Virus record (IMG/VR): IMGVR_UViG_3300043754_000129
Span: 160,001 to 224,000 of that record
Direction: 5' to 3' (one strand)
DNA from: a virus
Taxonomy: Duplodnaviria; Caudoviricetes
DNA: 64,000 nucleotides
A program made the position numbers and the translations under genes. Below the pieces are notes generated by a model, which did no database searches, was not told where the DNA came from, and saw only the letters and a program-made list of their open reading frames with translations. How positions within the stretch are numbered: position 1 is the stretch's first letter; every line of letters begins with the position of its first letter. Below, in pieces: positions 1-10,440 of this stretch.

Positions 1-1
1 C

Positions 2-541
2 GAATGGCAAACGGCACGTACGACGTATGGTCAATCCGCAGGGCTCTTGTACTGCGAGTTCACGATCAATCGTCTCACGGGTGCGGTGGGCTTCGGTATC
101 TGTAACCAGCTGGAAGCACCGAACGGTGAACTGGGTGCCGATGCGAACGGCATCATGATGTACACGAATTTGGCCAACGCCACGTCGGGTATCTTCTATC
201 TGGGTGGCACGATCGGGGCGATTGGTTCGCAAGCACCAAGCCAAGGCAGCACGGTTGGTATCGCCGTCAACATCCCGCTCGGTCTGATCTGGTTCTACAA
301 CCCGATCACCCAACAGTGGAATGGCGATGTCCCGTCCAAGCAGAATCCGTCGGGCAACATCGGAGGCATCAGCATCTCGAGCATCACCAAGCAAAACGAC
401 TTGGCCGCTCAAGTGTTCCCGGCTGCTTCGCTCTGGCAGGTGGCCGATGCGGTCACGTTCAACGCAGGCGCTACCGCTTTCGTGAATACGATCCCGGCTG
501 GCTACCAAGCCTGGAATACGGAGCAAACCTCGACTACGTAA
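2..541 (+). CDS. 5'-truncated virion/tail protein ending in a SPRY/B30.2-like domain
   Basis: Frame is open from base 2 (EWQTARTTYGQSAGLLYCEFT...). It resembles the C-terminal domain of 7536..10415 (GSTVGIAVN/GSTVGVAVD, IWFYNP, GGISI, FVNTIPAGY/FVNAIPSGF). Confidence 0.6.
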   Translation, partial: EWQTARTTYGQSAGLLYCEFTINRLTGAVGFGICNQLEAPNGELGADANGIMMYTNLANATSGIFYLGGTIGAIGSQAPSQGSTVGIAVNIPLGLIWFYNPITQQWNGDVPSKQNPSGNIGGISISSITKQNDLAAQVFPAASLWQVADAVTFNAGATAFVNTIPAGYQAWNTEQTSTT

Positions 542-545
542 GTAG

Positions 546-587
546 GCGGCATAAAGGCCCGGCATTGCGCCGGGCTCATATGCCGTC
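546..587. terminator. GCGGCATA-hairpin-TATGCCGTC intergenic element
   Basis: Inverted repeat between convergent genes; member of a family of at least 12 copies. Confidence 0.7.
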
Positions 588-590
588 AGG

Positions 591-749
591 TTACTTCTTG
601 AACATGTTCCATGCCGCAGCCCCAAGAGCAGCCAGCATGAGGACCAGCCCCGCGATCAGAATCCAGAGCGTGACTTCCAGATCACCCTGACTCATACCCG
701 AGGTCGTGATCGCATGGGGCAGAAGCACCACAGGTGCCGCCATGACCAT
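591..749 (-). CDS. small single-TM membrane protein
   Basis: ATG just after the upstream stop, with GGAG RBS; hydrophobic stretch LWILIAGLVLMLAALGAAAW followed by KK. Confidence 0.6.
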   Translation of the reverse strand: MVMAAPVVLLPHAITTSGMSQGDLEVTLWILIAGLVLMLAALGAAAWNMFKK

Positions 750-750
750 C

Positions 751-1296
751 TTACTCTCCGATGTATTGCGTGAGCATCTTGAACCCGTCATTCAGATCGC
801 CGAGGATTTCCGCTTTGATCTGATGCGGCGTGATGTCAAATGAGCGCAGACCCAACTGATCACCGTAGTAATCGATCATGATCTTGCCCTCGTTATCCGG
901 CAGGCCTTCATAAAGAATGGCACCCACGCCCAGGTTCAGGAACAGCTGCTCTTGGCCACCCTTACCGAAGTTGTAGAAGCCGCTCTTGATTTCACCGATC
1001 GGCATGTACTTCGCAAACCGGTGGAAGTCATCCTCGAAGGTCGGCAGGTAGTCCTTGTTCGGACGCACCACACCCTTACCCCCCAAGATCATCTTGCTGT
1101 CCAGATAACGACAGAAGATGCCCCACTCACCAAAGAAGGGCAGCTTCAGATTCGTCTGCGGCTGCACCTCAGGCGCTTGCTGATTCATCGGAACGAACTG
1201 TGCATCGGGGACTTCCGACACCGGCTTGAACGCAATCGTGCCATCCGGCTCACGGGTGTACATCTTCATCTGCCCCATGGCCGGCGGCGGCGTCAA
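751..1296 (-). CDS. hypothetical protein, paralogue of the C-terminal domain of 1308..2402
   Basis: Protein-like ORF in a co-oriented run; shared FExD..GFY..QL..LP..YG pattern. Confidence 0.7.
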   Translation of the reverse strand: MTPPPAMGQMKMYTREPDGTIAFKPVSEVPDAQFVPMNQQAPEVQPQTNLKLPFFGEWGIFCRYLDSKMILGGKGVVRPNKDYLPTFEDDFHRFAKYMPIGEIKSGFYNFGKGGQEQLFLNLGVGAILYEGLPDNEGKIMIDYYGDQLGLRSFDITPHQIKAEILGDLNDGFKMLTQYIGE

Positions 1297-1307
1297 ATCA
1301 ACCGGCG

Positions 1308-2402
1308 TTACTTTTTTTTTAGTCCCACCAGCGTGTCGGAGGTCTTGGCGTGGATGAGCTTCTGCTCGTTGAGCGAGTAGTCACCGATGTCCTTCCAGCC
1401 GTCCATGCCGTAGAAGATCACCTTGACGGGCGAGACTTCCGAAGGCAGGGCCGTGAGGAGCAGTGCGAACTGATCCGTGTTCACGAGGAACTGGAGTTGC
1501 TTGGTGTCGCGATCCAGGTAGAAGCCCACCGGCCACTTGCGCAGGTTGCGCTCTTCCGTCCAGTACGCGTCGTTCTCGAAGCGCTTCAGTGGCTTGCCAT
1601 CGGGCAGCTCGTAGCCAGCCTGGAGTTCGCCGCACGCACCGAAGAGCATACTCGAATGCAGGTGGTCCATGAAGATGCTGCCGCGACCGATGAACGCCGA
1701 CAGAATGCCTTGGGCGACTTCCGCTTCAGCCTGCGCTTCCGTGGGTTGCGTCGGAGCGGCTTCCGTCGGTTGCTCGATCTTGCGATCGGCTTCCGGCACG
1801 ACGAAGTCTGCACCCGAGACCGTCGGGGCTTTCTTCGACAGATGGTCGACCGTCACCTGATCGATCAGGGCAATCGTCGCTTCCGGCAGCCCAGCGTTGG
1901 TCATCGCTTGCTTGAGCAGGCTTTGTGCCGAGGCGAGGGCTGCTTCGATCGGCGACTTGGGAGCCGGCGTTTCCGGAGCAGCATGCGAGAGTTGCCAGAC
2001 GTGGGCGACCTTCGGCTGGGTCGTGTGACCATCGACGAGCACACCGTCGTTCGGATGCGGTGCCGCCACGCGTGCTTGCGCGATGGCTGCGGAGACAGCT
2101 TGTTCGGGATTCTCGCCCTCCGGCACCACTACTTTCAGCAACGTGCGTTCGGCTGGCAACTGCATGCCTTGCTTTTGCATCGTGGCTTCGATAGCCGCCA
2201 GTCCTTCGCCATTTCCCCCGACCTTCGTCGCGAGCGCGTGAGCCGCAAGCAGCTCCTGCGACGTGAACTCGCCCCGCATCGGCGGGACGTCTTGCATGTT
2301 CTGCACCTTGAGCGTGAGCGCGAGCATCTTGCGCGTCATGTCGTTCTGTTGCTGGTGAAGTTCACGCAGCTCGTTCAGAAGGTCTTGTTTCGTGATAGCC
2401 AT
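1308..2402 (-). CDS. hypothetical protein
   Basis: 364 aa with typical codon bias, abutting its neighbours. Confidence 0.75.
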   Translation of the reverse strand: MAITKQDLLNELRELHQQQNDMTRKMLALTLKVQNMQDVPPMRGEFTSQELLAAHALATKVGGNGEGLAAIEATMQKQGMQLPAERTLLKVVVPEGENPEQAVSAAIAQARVAAPHPNDGVLVDGHTTQPKVAHVWQLSHAAPETPAPKSPIEAALASAQSLLKQAMTNAGLPEATIALIDQVTVDHLSKKAPTVSGADFVVPEADRKIEQPTEAAPTQPTEAQAEAEVAQGILSAFIGRGSIFMDHLHSSMLFGACGELQAGYELPDGKPLKRFENDAYWTEERNLRKWPVGFYLDRDTKQLQFLVNTDQFALLLTALPSEVSPVKVIFYGMDGWKDIGDYSLNEQKLIHAKTSDTLVGLKKK

Positions 2403-2415
2403 TTGTTCTGCCTAC

Positions 2416-4944
2416 TTAGTTGGTGATGACAACGTGTTGGTTATACACCTTGGGGGTGGCGATGTTGCGCGCATCCAGTACACAGACCTGCGCATTCGTA
2501 AAGGCACCGTAGTGACTCTCGTAGTGCGAGATCATGTAAAGTTGCGTAAAGGGCTTGGTTTCCATTAGCGTCTTGATTGCCATGACCGCTGCGGTCCGGT
2601 GTTCCAAGTCCAGGGTCTTACCAAACTCGTCGAGCTTGAGCACGCCGTGTTCCAGATGCAGATACTTCAGGGACACAACCTTCCATGCCAGGTCAACGAT
2701 TTCCTGCATGCCGCTTGAGCCACGCGAGACGTCTGGCACGATGTTATCGCGGGTGCCGACCATCATCGGGAACTTGTAATCCAGCTCCGCTCCCTTTTCA
2801 TTGGCGACGCCACACGGCTGCACTTCCAGTTTGTACGCCCAGATCTTGCGAATGAGTTGGTTCATCTCCATCGTGAAATGGCGAATGAAACCGAACATGC
2901 CTTCCGCGATCAATCCATCCTTGGGCGACAGGGCCTTCAGCGTAGCCTTGAGGGCTTGCTCTTCTTTCTGACGCGCCGCAATCGTCGTCTTCAAATGCTC
3001 AACGATCGCCTTTTGCTGGCGCAGTTGACTGAGCGTCTCTTCCTTACGAGCCAGAGAGCTCTGCACGTGCTGGATACACTGTTGGATCATCTGCAAACGC
3101 ATGGTTTCCACCACGTCGTTTGTGAGCATATCAAGACGCTCGATGTATTCCTTTACTCGTGCCTCCAAGCTGATCGCCGTTTCCAGTTGCTTGCGATACA
3201 CGTAGAACTCATTCAAGTCCTTACGGGCATTCGTGAGCGCCTTGGTCATCTGCTCGATCTCAACGGTGCAGTAGTTCAGCTTCTCCACTGCGTCGTTGAT
3301 GTTCTGGTCCCCGAGTTGCTCTGACTGAGCCAAGAGCTTCTTGAGGTCCTCGATCTCTGCATCGCCGATCTTCGCTTTCACCTCACAGCCCAGATCGTGT
3401 TCAAAGACCTGGAGGGCGGAAAGAATGGAACGCGGCGCTTCGACAACGGCGTTGCGATCCGTGATGTGATCCCAGAACGCAAAGAGAGAAGGCGTGGCCC
3501 GAGTGATCTGGATGAACTGACGGAAAAGCGCACCGTAGCTTTCCTGCTCGGCAATCTTGGCTTCCACTGCCTTCAGGTTCGCTTCCTGCGTTGCGATCTC
3601 TTGCTCGGCCTGCTTGATGAAGTTCTTGAGCGCTTCGTACTGCTGGTCGCTCAAGCCCATGTGGAACTTGTGGTTACACTTGGGGCAGGTGACAGAGCCG
3701 TTCTCCCGGTGTTCGTCGGCGTGTTGCTTGCGTGCTTGGGCCTGAGCCAAATCCCGCGTCTTCTGCTGGATGAGTTCTCGCACCTTCTGGTGATTAGCCT
3801 TGAGCTCTTGCAAGACCGCTGAACCAAAGTACTTGCTTTCGTTGCTCGGGAGTTCTGACAGCACAGCCGTCAAGTCGTGACGAATCGACTCGACCGTGCG
3901 AAGCGCATCCGTCGGATCAGCACTCACCAGTTCCAGCTTCAGCCGGCGTTCCTTCAGATGGTTCAGGCGCGTCTCAGCAGTCGCCGCAATCTTCTTGCGC
4001 ACCGACTCGATCCCGTCTGCCCCTTGCTTCTTCAGGATGTCCACGGTCTCTTTCAACTTCCCATGGTCGCCCACCATCTTCGCAAGCACTGCCTCTTGCG
4101 CCGTGATGTGTTCCTTGATGTCTTCGATGTAGTTCTGCACATCGTCAATCGAGTTAAACGTCACGTGTTGCAGCTGACCCCAGTCATCGCGATAGAGGTG
4201 CGCCGGCGACTCGATCTTCATGTGCAACAGTTGCTCAGAGATCGACTTCAGTTGCGTTTCTGTGCGTTCCCGTTCCGACTGCACTTCTTGCAACGGCCGC
4301 TTAATGGGAGCGCGCATCTCGAAGAGGCTCGAGAGTTCCGTATGCAGTTGCTTGACTTCAGCGATGAGGATGTGCTGCTCTTCTTCCGTGATGATCTTGT
4401 TCTGCTCAATCACCAGCGAACGCTTATCCAGATCGAGCGCCCCCACGACACTGCGATGCTCTTTGCTGAGCTTATCGAATACACTGATCGCGTAGTCAAA
4501 GGAGACGTCGTTGAGCAGCGTGAACCATTCGCGGCGCGCGCCCGGTCCCAGATCCGTCAGTCGCACGAGCCCCAGTTCCAGCTCATGGATGTCCGGCGTG
4601 ATACCGAAGTGCTGACGCACCAGTTCCTTTTGCACCGCAGCCGTGCCACCCGGGTTCAGTTCCTCGCCGTCCTTCTGGAAGCTATGGATCTGCTTGCGGG
4701 AGAAGTCGCTGGTCAAAATGTAGGTAAAACCGCGATCAACAATATGAATCTCTTTGCAGCCGTCTTTGAGGTAATCGGCCGGATTCGCAGGTAGGGGCGT
4801 CAACTCCTGCAACAAGGAGGACTTCCCGCTACCGTTGGTGCCCAGAACCATCTGAATCTGTTCTGTGGGCCGAATTTCAAAGCGCAACACTTGGTTCAAT
4901 GCGAACCGCTTAAAGCCTTTCAAAATCAGGGCAGTGTAGCGCAT
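2416..4944 (-). CDS. sbcC: SbcC/Rad50-like SMC ATPase (phiKZ gp165-like)
   Basis: Walker A GTNGSGKS, long coiled coil with central zinc hook CPKC, signature SSGMQ, Walker B LKLDEFGKTLD, H-loop ISH. Confidence 0.9.
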   Translation of the reverse strand: MRYTALILKGFKRFALNQVLRFEIRPTEQIQMVLGTNGSGKSSLLQELTPLPANPADYLKDGCKEIHIVDRGFTYILTSDFSRKQIHSFQKDGEELNPGGTAAVQKELVRQHFGITPDIHELELGLVRLTDLGPGARREWFTLLNDVSFDYAISVFDKLSKEHRSVVGALDLDKRSLVIEQNKIITEEEQHILIAEVKQLHTELSSLFEMRAPIKRPLQEVQSERERTETQLKSISEQLLHMKIESPAHLYRDDWGQLQHVTFNSIDDVQNYIEDIKEHITAQEAVLAKMVGDHGKLKETVDILKKQGADGIESVRKKIAATAETRLNHLKERRLKLELVSADPTDALRTVESIRHDLTAVLSELPSNESKYFGSAVLQELKANHQKVRELIQQKTRDLAQAQARKQHADEHRENGSVTCPKCNHKFHMGLSDQQYEALKNFIKQAEQEIATQEANLKAVEAKIAEQESYGALFRQFIQITRATPSLFAFWDHITDRNAVVEAPRSILSALQVFEHDLGCEVKAKIGDAEIEDLKKLLAQSEQLGDQNINDAVEKLNYCTVEIEQMTKALTNARKDLNEFYVYRKQLETAISLEARVKEYIERLDMLTNDVVETMRLQMIQQCIQHVQSSLARKEETLSQLRQQKAIVEHLKTTIAARQKEEQALKATLKALSPKDGLIAEGMFGFIRHFTMEMNQLIRKIWAYKLEVQPCGVANEKGAELDYKFPMMVGTRDNIVPDVSRGSSGMQEIVDLAWKVVSLKYLHLEHGVLKLDEFGKTLDLEHRTAAVMAIKTLMETKPFTQLYMISHYESHYGAFTNAQVCVLDARNIATPKVYNQHVVITN

Positions 4945-5011
4945 GTTAGTATCCTGGTAGTATCTTCACAAACCATTCCGGTGCGTGATATCTTTTTTCA
5001 CGAGCGAACGA

Positions 5012-6028
5012 ATGTCGACAAAACCCAACAGTTCGCCGCATCCACAGAGCTCTATGCTGCGCTTTTACAGCATGGGGATTGTGGCGGCCAACAAGGCGCT
5101 CTCCAGCAAAATCATTGAAGTGACGCCCATTGAGCACCTGCCGTTTGTCAACGGTCAGCTCACCAACACTGGGACCACGGTAACCGCGCAAGGCACCGAT
5201 GCAAACGGGGCTTCTTACAGCACGCAGGTGGCCACCAGTGTAACCATTCAAGCCGAGTGGACCCCAGAGGGAGAGAGCAATCGCCAAACGGCACCGGATG
5301 TCCGGCGCGGCGAGTACGTCAAGCTCTACCAGTTTGCCGATGCGGACAAGTACTACTGGACGACCAGTGGCCTGCCTGCCCAGCGCAAGCTCGAAACCGT
5401 CGTGCATGCCTACAGTGGCACGGCCGATGAAAGCGCGGACATGGACCACACGAATTCCTATTACAAGGAAATCTCCACGCACCAGGGTCTCGTTCACTGG
5501 CACACCTCCGCCGCTAACGGCGAGTTCACCGAATACGACATCCAGCTCAACGCCAAGGACGGTTACTTCCGCTTCCAAGACGGCAAGGGCAACGTGATGA
5601 TCATCGATTCAACGCAGAACATGTTCCAGTACACGAATGCGACTGGCTCCATGTTGCAAATCCTGCAAGACACGATGAGCTTCGTGATCCCGAAGTCGAT
5701 CTCCATGAAGACGAAGGACATGACGATCGAAGCGTCCAACTCGTTGTCGATCACGACGCAAACGAACACGCTCAAGGCGACGACCAACAACATGACGGCG
5801 CAGACTACCCACAATGGGAACTTCACCGAGAACGGGGCGTTCGGTCTGAATGGCGACATGACGACGGCTTCGGGTGGCGGTGGCTCGTCCGGTGGTACGG
5901 CAGGTACGGGTAAGATCACAATCGCTGGCAACATGCACCTCGAAGGCAGCGCGCAGATCGATGGGGACATGCAGGCCAACACGATCGAGGGCCAGAACAT
6001 CACGGCTCCCAATCTGAAATACAACTAA
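5012..6028 (+). CDS. putative baseplate central spike/tail tip protein (phiKZ gp164-like)
   Basis: N-terminal OB-like region (APDVRRGEYVKLYQFAD) followed by a beta-helix-like T/N/G-rich C-terminus; divergent from SbcC as in phiKZ. Confidence 0.6.
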   Translation: MSTKPNSSPHPQSSMLRFYSMGIVAANKALSSKIIEVTPIEHLPFVNGQLTNTGTTVTAQGTDANGASYSTQVATSVTIQAEWTPEGESNRQTAPDVRRGEYVKLYQFADADKYYWTTSGLPAQRKLETVVHAYSGTADESADMDHTNSYYKEISTHQGLVHWHTSAANGEFTEYDIQLNAKDGYFRFQDGKGNVMIIDSTQNMFQYTNATGSMLQILQDTMSFVIPKSISMKTKDMTIEASNSLSITTQTNTLKATTNNMTAQTTHNGNFTENGAFGLNGDMTTASGGGGSSGGTAGTGKITIAGNMHLEGSAQIDGDMQANTIEGQNITAPNLKYN

Positions 6029-6068
6029 ACGGCATAAGGGGAGGGCGCAATGCCCTCCCGTCTGTGCC
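6029..6068. terminator. CGGCATA-hairpin element
   Basis: GGGAGGGC-GCAAT-GCCCTCCC between convergent genes. Confidence 0.7.
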
Positions 6069-6185
6069 TTAGTGCCACATGTGCAGACAGAACTTCTGAA
6101 CCATCAGCGTTGCTTCGATGCCGACAACAATGCCAGCAATGAAGAGCATCAGGCGTTGGATTTCTTCACCACGCATGTTCACCTC

Positions 6186-7442
6186 TTAAGAGAAGACGAT
6201 GTCCGAGCGGATCTGCATGTAGTAGCCAGCGCTGATGTTGCGCGGGTTCATCGGATCGGCTTGGTTCGTGACCGTCGGTTGAGTCCGCGGATTGGGGACC
6301 GTGTTGAAGATGTAGTTGTCCTTGAGGTTGTCCGCACACTTCAGGGCGTAGCGCGGCTTCTCGTAGACCCACCAGTATTCGTTCAGCTTGCCATAGCCCG
6401 TGATGAGTGGGTAGACGGGCGTGACGTAACTGGCGTAGCAACCCGGCCAGCGCATCTGTTCGAGTTGCACGAAGTCCACCGAGACATCGGTGTTATTGAG
6501 CAGCACAATAAACGACTGGCTGAGTGTGAGCAGCGCCGTGATCGCTGCATCGCTCGTGATCTCTTCGACCGAGATGGCATCGGTGTTCGTCGACATCACC
6601 GACAGGTTCAGATTCGACAGATCGATGTAGTCCTTCGACTCGTAGTAGCGCTCCAGCAGCGGGTAGTTGTTGAAGTCGATCATCAGCGACTGCGTACCCA
6701 CGAGCTTGAAGGTCTTCGTGTCGAGCAGATGCAAGTAGCCGCCAATCACCACCATCACGGTCGTGTTGGTCAAGTCCTGTCCCACGTTGATGTAGGCGTG
6801 GTTCGACAGGGACTGCTTGGTGTTCTGCTTGTAGATCATGTCCGCGGTAATCGGGATGATCGTGAGCGTGCCGATATCCTGGAAGTCCAGAATACCGATC
6901 TTGTTCTTCTTCGAGTGGATGCACGACTTCATGCCGTTCACCACCCACACGCCCGTTTCCTTATCGGTGTCGGTCATGTGGATAAAGCCGTTGATGCTCA
7001 CCAGACAGTTCTGGTAGAACGACTCGTAGTCCGTGTTGGCGCGCTGGAGCACCACGTGCGGCTTATCCGCAATCGGCAGCTTGCTGTCGAGGGCTGCGAT
7101 GGAGGCGATCGGTGTGACACTGTAGCCCGCTTGGAACGCGTTCATGTAGCGGCAGTACGACGGCTGCACCGAAGGCAGGCTGCTCGATGTGGGCAGCGCC
7201 GTATTACCCAAAGACGCCAGATACGCATTGAACGTCAGCGACTGGCTGTTAAAGATGTTGGGCAGAATCGTCGAGAGATCGAGACTCACCTGACCCGTGA
7301 TGAACGGGTTCGTCAAGATCGCGTAGACCTTGGAATAGTTGTCGATCACTTGGGCAAACGTCATGTTACCCAGGTCAATCGAACTCCATTCCTGCCCGCC
7401 CGTGAGGCTCTTACCCAGAGCCGAGACTAGCGTGTAAGCCAT
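6186..7442 (-). CDS. conserved jumbo-phage virion structural protein
   Basis: 418 aa, N/T-rich, CLVSINGFIH and VVIGGYLH motifs; lies in the structural region. Confidence 0.6.
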   Translation of the reverse strand: MAYTLVSALGKSLTGGQEWSSIDLGNMTFAQVIDNYSKVYAILTNPFITGQVSLDLSTILPNIFNSQSLTFNAYLASLGNTALPTSSSLPSVQPSYCRYMNAFQAGYSVTPIASIAALDSKLPIADKPHVVLQRANTDYESFYQNCLVSINGFIHMTDTDKETGVWVVNGMKSCIHSKKNKIGILDFQDIGTLTIIPITADMIYKQNTKQSLSNHAYINVGQDLTNTTVMVVIGGYLHLLDTKTFKLVGTQSLMIDFNNYPLLERYYESKDYIDLSNLNLSVMSTNTDAISVEEITSDAAITALLTLSQSFIVLLNNTDVSVDFVQLEQMRWPGCYASYVTPVYPLITGYGKLNEYWWVYEKPRYALKCADNLKDNYIFNTVPNPRTQPTVTNQADPMNPRNISAGYYMQIRSDIVFS

Positions 7443-7535
7443 GATTTAGTCGCCTTTTTGATCGTACATCGTATAGTCAGATTCGATTTACTCAATCGTC
7501 TATACGATGAACTTGCCGGTTAACCGGGAGCATTT

Positions 7536-10415
7536 ATGTCCACAACTTGCACCACACTGACGTACCCGTTTGACCCGACGGGTTCGTTGGTGTCGAACCT
7601 GATTCAAGGGGAGCAGCAGCAACTGGTTGCGCAGAACTTCCGTAACCAGCACTTCATCGTTCCGAAGGCAGCGCCGTTCTTCGCCGATACGCTGACCATC
7701 TCCTATCAGGATACCTCGGGTACGATTTCCACGCTCCAGGAAGGCGTGGATTACTACGTCACGCATTGGTTCATCAGCGCAAGCCGTGCTTGTGCCATGC
7801 GCGTGTACGGTTCGATCAGCTTCATCAATACCGCCTTGGCCGGTATCGTCTCGCTCTCCTACCAAACGGTCGGTGGCGAATGGACGGTGTCCGCCCAGCA
7901 GATCGCCACGATCATGGCGGATGTGGTGGACAACCCGCGCATCACGTCGTGGGAAGAAGTCAGTGGTACGCCCTATGCGTTCCCGCCCGAAGCACACGCT
8001 TGGGATGTGAACGACATGGTCGGTATGGATAGCGTGGTGACCGCCATCGGCGCCGTGACGTCTGCTCTGCAATCGAGTGGCAGCACGGGTCTGGCAGCGC
8101 ACATTGCAAACCATAACAACCCACACGTGGTGACCGCTGCGCAAGTCGGGCTGGGCAATGTCCAGAACTATGCGATGGCGCAGAATTCGGATGCTGTGGC
8201 CGGTACGTCGACGACGCTCTATATGTCGCCGGCTACGACCGCTGCGGCCATCCAGTCGCTCTCGCTCGCGCCGCTCACGGCTCACATTGCCAATCACAAC
8301 AACCCGCACGTTGTCACCGCGGCCCAAGTGGGTCTCGGCAACGTCGCCAATTACGCGCCGGCCCAGAACACCGATGCGCAAGCGGGTACGAGCACCACGC
8401 TGTACATGACCCCGGCCACCACCATGGTCGCGATCAACAGCACGGTTGGCTCGGCGTTGAACGCTCACATCTTGAACACCAACAACCCGCACCAAACCAG
8501 TGCGGCACAGGTCGGTCTCGGGAACGTGGCAAACTTCGGTGTCGCACAAAACAGCGACGCTATCGCCGGTACGGCTAACAACCTGTACATGACGCCGGCA
8601 GCCACGGCTGCGGCCATCGCCAACCAAGGTTCGAATGCGGTCCTCCAGGCTCACATTACGAACTACAGCAACCCTCACCAAGTGACGGCAGCTCAGGTTG
8701 GTGCGTACACCACGACGCAGGTCAATAACCTGCTCACGGGTTACGTGACGACGACGGGTACGGCAGCCAACTCGACCGAACTGGCAGGCTTGACGGTGGC
8801 GCAGCTCACTGCGCAAATCCTGCAAGGTACGGCGGCGAACGCAACGGAGTTTGGTGGCCTGACGCCGGCTCAGTGGCAAGCAGCGTTGCAAGGTGGTACG
8901 GCAAGTGACTCGCAGATGTTCGGTGGCATGACCCCGACGCAGTGGGACCAGTACATCGCCAACGCCACGGTCGCGAACGCGCTCGAACTGAATGGCCTCA
9001 CGGTCTGCCAGTTGACGGCTCAGATCCTCTCGGGCACCGCAGCCAATGCGACGCTGGCATACGGTGAAACGAAAGCGCAGCTGACCGCTGACATCCTGGC
9101 GGGTACGGCAGCCAACGCTACGCTCGCTTATGGACTGACGCAGGCACAGCTGACCACGGCGATTCTCGCTGGGACGGCATCGAACGCCAGCGCAGTCTAC
9201 GGCATGACGCAAGCGCAGTTGACGACGGCCATCACGACCGCAGTCAACAACCAGTTGCAGGGCAGTGAACTCGTGCTCGCGCAGGAGAACATTCCGGCCG
9301 CGACTGACACGACGGATCCGACGCTCTGGACGCCGATTGCCCAGATGTTCTTGCCGGGTACGACGGGGCTGTCGACCTTCCCGGACATGCAGCTGATTGT
9401 CACGGGTGGTGATGCAACGACGGGTACCGATTCCGGCACGTGGTTCATCCGCATGACGGCACGGGAAACGGGTCAAGCGCACAACGTGAGTGTGCAGGTC
9501 ATCAGCTTCACGGGTGAGCTCGTGGGCACGACGCAGTTTGGCTGGACGGTCGACACGACCACCTTTGCCAATGCGCCGTTTGCAACGCTCTGGGCAGAAA
9601 CGCCGGGCGCTGCGAACCAGATGTCGGTCAATGTGCTCTCGGGCTACAACGACAACTTCATCACGGCCATCGCAGTGCAGAACACCGCACCGGCTGGCAT
9701 TACGTACGCTACGGCTGACACCTTCGCCACGGTGTCGGAGATGAACAACATGGTCAGCCAACTGACCACGGCGTTCCAGGCAGTGGTGAATGCAGTCCAG
9801 GGTGCCGCCGGTACGTCGTTCAATGCGAACGCCGCTCCGAGCCAACTCACGCTCTCGAACAGCAACTTGACGCTGACGGGTACGGCCACGGGCTGGTACG
9901 ACGACACGGCCAACATCGGTCTCACGTCCGGTAAGGGTTACTTCGAAGTCACGGCCAACACGCTCGCCCATGGCGCAGCGATCGGTATCGCGAATTCGAC
10001 GGAAGCACTGACGGCGGAAATCGGTAGCGACACCAACGGCATCGCGCTCGTGAACAACATCACGGCCGGCACGAAGGGCATCTACTACAACGGTGCTTAC
10101 GTGAAGACGTCGGCTTCGGGCTTCGCTCAGGGCTCGACGGTGGGCGTGGCAGTGGACATGACCAACAAGCTGATCTGGTTCTACAACCCGACGACGGGCA
10201 AGTGGAACGAAGACGTGATCGCCAACCAGAACCCGGCAACGGGCACGGGCGGTATCTCGATCGCGACGATCATGACCTCCGGTAGCAATACGGTGGACGT
10301 GTATCCGGCAGCTGGTGTGGACGCAAGCGGTGAATCGCTCACCTTGAACGGTGGTGCTTCGACGTTCGTCAACGCGATCCCCTCGGGCTTCTCGAGCTGG
10401 AACTCGCTGGCATAA
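7536..10415 (+). CDS. tail fibre-like protein with NPH repeats and C-terminal SPRY-like domain
   Basis: N-terminal YPFDPTG..N.I.GE module; 4 HxxNxxNPHxxTAAQVG-type repeats; GTAANAT repeats; C-terminal GKGYFEV..AIGIA..IGSD. Confidence 0.75.
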   Translation: MSTTCTTLTYPFDPTGSLVSNLIQGEQQQLVAQNFRNQHFIVPKAAPFFADTLTISYQDTSGTISTLQEGVDYYVTHWFISASRACAMRVYGSISFINTALAGIVSLSYQTVGGEWTVSAQQIATIMADVVDNPRITSWEEVSGTPYAFPPEAHAWDVNDMVGMDSVVTAIGAVTSALQSSGSTGLAAHIANHNNPHVVTAAQVGLGNVQNYAMAQNSDAVAGTSTTLYMSPATTAAAIQSLSLAPLTAHIANHNNPHVVTAAQVGLGNVANYAPAQNTDAQAGTSTTLYMTPATTMVAINSTVGSALNAHILNTNNPHQTSAAQVGLGNVANFGVAQNSDAIAGTANNLYMTPAATAAAIANQGSNAVLQAHITNYSNPHQVTAAQVGAYTTTQVNNLLTGYVTTTGTAANSTELAGLTVAQLTAQILQGTAANATEFGGLTPAQWQAALQGGTASDSQMFGGMTPTQWDQYIANATVANALELNGLTVCQLTAQILSGTAANATLAYGETKAQLTADILAGTAANATLAYGLTQAQLTTAILAGTASNASAVYGMTQAQLTTAITTAVNNQLQGSELVLAQENIPAATDTTDPTLWTPIAQMFLPGTTGLSTFPDMQLIVTGGDATTGTDSGTWFIRMTARETGQAHNVSVQVISFTGELVGTTQFGWTVDTTTFANAPFATLWAETPGAANQMSVNVLSGYNDNFITAIAVQNTAPAGITYATADTFATVSEMNNMVSQLTTAFQAVVNAVQGAAGTSFNANAAPSQLTLSNSNLTLTGTATGWYDDTANIGLTSGKGYFEVTANTLAHGAAIGIANSTEALTAEIGSDTNGIALVNNITAGTKGIYYNGAYVKTSASGFAQGSTVGVAVDMTNKLIWFYNPTTGKWNEDVIANQNPATGTGGISIATIMTSGSNTVDVYPAAGVDASGESLTLNGGASTFVNAIPSGFSSWNSLA

Positions 10416-10440
10416 CAACAAGTAGTTGACTTCCTTTTAG

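Noticed and set aside
8090-9250. DNA repeats as CRISPR or DGR template/variable repeats
   Set aside because: They are in-frame degenerate protein repeats (NPH, GTAANAT) with synonymous variation, no spacers, no adenine-specific divergence and no RT.
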